The notes under the pieces were generated by a model, which saw only the letters and a list, made by a program, of their open reading frames with translations, made no database searches and was not told the DNA's origin. A stretch of DNA of 20,000 nt from Ionaspis alba (lineage: Eukaryota), in NCBI GenBank assembly GCA_964255285.1, contig CAXUUL010000017.1:44508-64507 (forward strand). The letters run 5' to 3'. This document shows, one piece after another, positions 18,340 through 20,000 of this stretch. The translations under genes and the position numbers were made by a program. How positions within the stretch are numbered: the first letter of the stretch is position 1; the number at the start of each line of letters is the position of its first letter.

Positions 18340-19784
18340 ATGGCAACCACCCCACCTCTCCGCTCTTCAGCGCGAACACCTCCGGCCCCTTTGTACGGCG
18401 CCAAATACGATTCGTACGAACCCTACACCATTCGTAAGAGTACGCGATTCTCAGCACAACGCGCCGCGAGAACACCCTCTCCAAATGGCCATCGCCTTCA
18501 TCCACAATCCAAAAGCTCTTCAAGATCAGGAAAATCAGCTACAGTAGTGCCGACAACAAATCCTTATTCACCACCGTCTTCGGCCCAGGCCTCACCTCAG
18601 AAGAAGACCCGCAAGACCGCATATCTAGGGTTGGAAAACAAGCCAATTAGCACCACCCAAGACCGTGGCCACAAAAAACCTGAAATCCCGCAGGCCGCCA
18701 ACTCCACTCTCAAATCAAACCAAACCAACCTCGTACCAAACATGCTTCCAACACCAGTGAAGACGCCTCGCAAGAAGCAGGCACAAACGACTGTCACCTC
18801 AACCGCTCGAATCCTCTTTCCAAATCGTCCTGATAATGTCGATGAAGCGATGCCAACACCCCACAAGCGAAAGAGCAAGAGACATGTGGGATTCTCTCTG
18901 GGCAGCTTCTGTGAAGATGACGACGCAAGTTCGGATGGAAAGATTGAGATATACACAGATTCGAAAGACAAGCTCCCGGAGATAGATGAGGCTGAGGACA
19001 ACCCTTTCTATGAGAAGCCCTCCGGACAACCCCCTTCAACGAATCGAAGCACCAAGCGAAGAAAGGTTAGCAACAAGATCGACCACAGCGAGGAGGTTCA
19101 GGAGGCTCTTGCCCGTAACGAAGGCATGGTCTACGTATTGTAAGCATTGCTAGTAACTGTTTGCCTCGACGACGTCACGAGCTAACCATCCGTAGTCGTG
19201 GTAAAAGGATCTTTCGCAAATTCGCAGTCTCGCCTGACGGGTCAGGGTCGTCACCCATCGGTCTTGACACTGGTGCTTCTACTTCTATTCACATCGAAGC
19301 CGACGAGTCTCCTCATTCAAAGCACTTCACTCGCTCGTCCATCAAGCCACGTCTTCTCTTTCCAAGCACCAAACAATCTCGGAACGACGAGCCCGACATG
19401 GAGAACACCGATGAGGAAGCTGTCACAGACATCGAAGATCGCCATCCGGCACACGGCGGGATCACAGAAGTCGCGCCAGATACCGAAGAAGAGCCTTTGG
19501 TCACTCCGGTCAAGACCACGTTCACACCCTCCACTCCTCCTACAACAGGCCATGCAACTAGAGCTTCAACTAAGAAAGCGGCTCTCGATAGCTCTCCTCT
19601 TGCGCCCGAGCCAGTTGAAATGCTGCCGCACGTCTTGCCCAAGGCTAGGAAGCCAAGTCCGTTCGACGCTTGGAGGCGTACCAAAGGTCGATCTGAGCCT
19701 GCTGGCAAGGGCAAGAAAAGAGCAGCTGAGGTCACTGACGGAGACGTGGAAGGCAGTAAGAGAATTAGAGGTCATGTCAATTGA
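18340..19784 (+). CDS. rum1: Rum1/Sic1-like cyclin-dependent kinase inhibitor (putative), ~462 aa, disordered, S/T-P rich; exons 18340-19139, 19196-19784
   Basis: A 56-nt phase-2 intron 19140-19195 (GTAAGC...GCTAAC...TAG) yields EGMVYVF|RGKRIFRKF. The ordered motifs LPTPVKTPRKK, EDNPF, GMVYVFRGKRI and IKPRLLF parallel S. pombe Rum1 as recalled (PPTPAKTPKK, EHNPF, GLYYVFRGKRI, FKPKLLF). The gene model is solid; the orthology is inferred. Confidence 0.75.
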
Positions 19785-20000
19785 AACCGTTTCTACCTTG
19801 TGCCAAGAACGGGAACACGGCCAGTGTTACGAATGAACTTCGTTCGTGGCTATCTTCCTCGCGAGAAGTCTCATTGAGAGTTTCGTAGGGGTAGTCGCGC
19901 TCCTCTGTTTGTCTACCTTACGATTATGATTGAAACGAAAATGCAGAGGATACGGTGCTTGTGTACTTGGTCATTCAGCTGTAGCGCTTGCAAGGTGCAT

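Noticed and set aside
19198..19836. 212-aa alternative-frame ORF over rum1-like exon 2
   Set aside because: GTG start and no motif; the spliced frame carries the conserved RGKRI and KPRLLF motifs.

Overview
Gene-dense, intron-containing genomic DNA of a filamentous ascomycete (Pezizomycotina-type genes; mostly 50-60 nt introns). It comes from a scaffold with three 100-N gaps, two of them flanked by exact 55-bp overlaps (assembly artefacts). Eight protein-coding genes can be rebuilt by hand-splicing: a Tre1/Tre2/Vps70-like M28 glutamate carboxypeptidase (-), a DUF1749/SidJ-like alpha/beta hydrolase (-), an unknown 4-TM protein with an N-terminal PPxY motif (+), DASH subunit DUO1 (+), stress protein NST1 (-), RHO2 GTPase with a 6-nt microexon (+), a TRAPPC12/TTC15-like TPR protein (-), and a disordered protein (+). 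The last one carries, in order, the four hallmark motifs of the fission-yeast CDK inhibitor Rum1; its core motif is split by an intron and is invisible in the ORF track. This Rum1/Sic1-like candidate is the most interesting item. Others are a compact multi-hairpin element at ~15867-15994, a high share of AAG splice acceptors, a head-to-head NST1/RHO2 pair and a possible Rsp5/metal-homeostasis trio. No tRNA, rRNA, CRISPR array or intact mobile element was found. All family calls come from remembered motifs; no searches were run.
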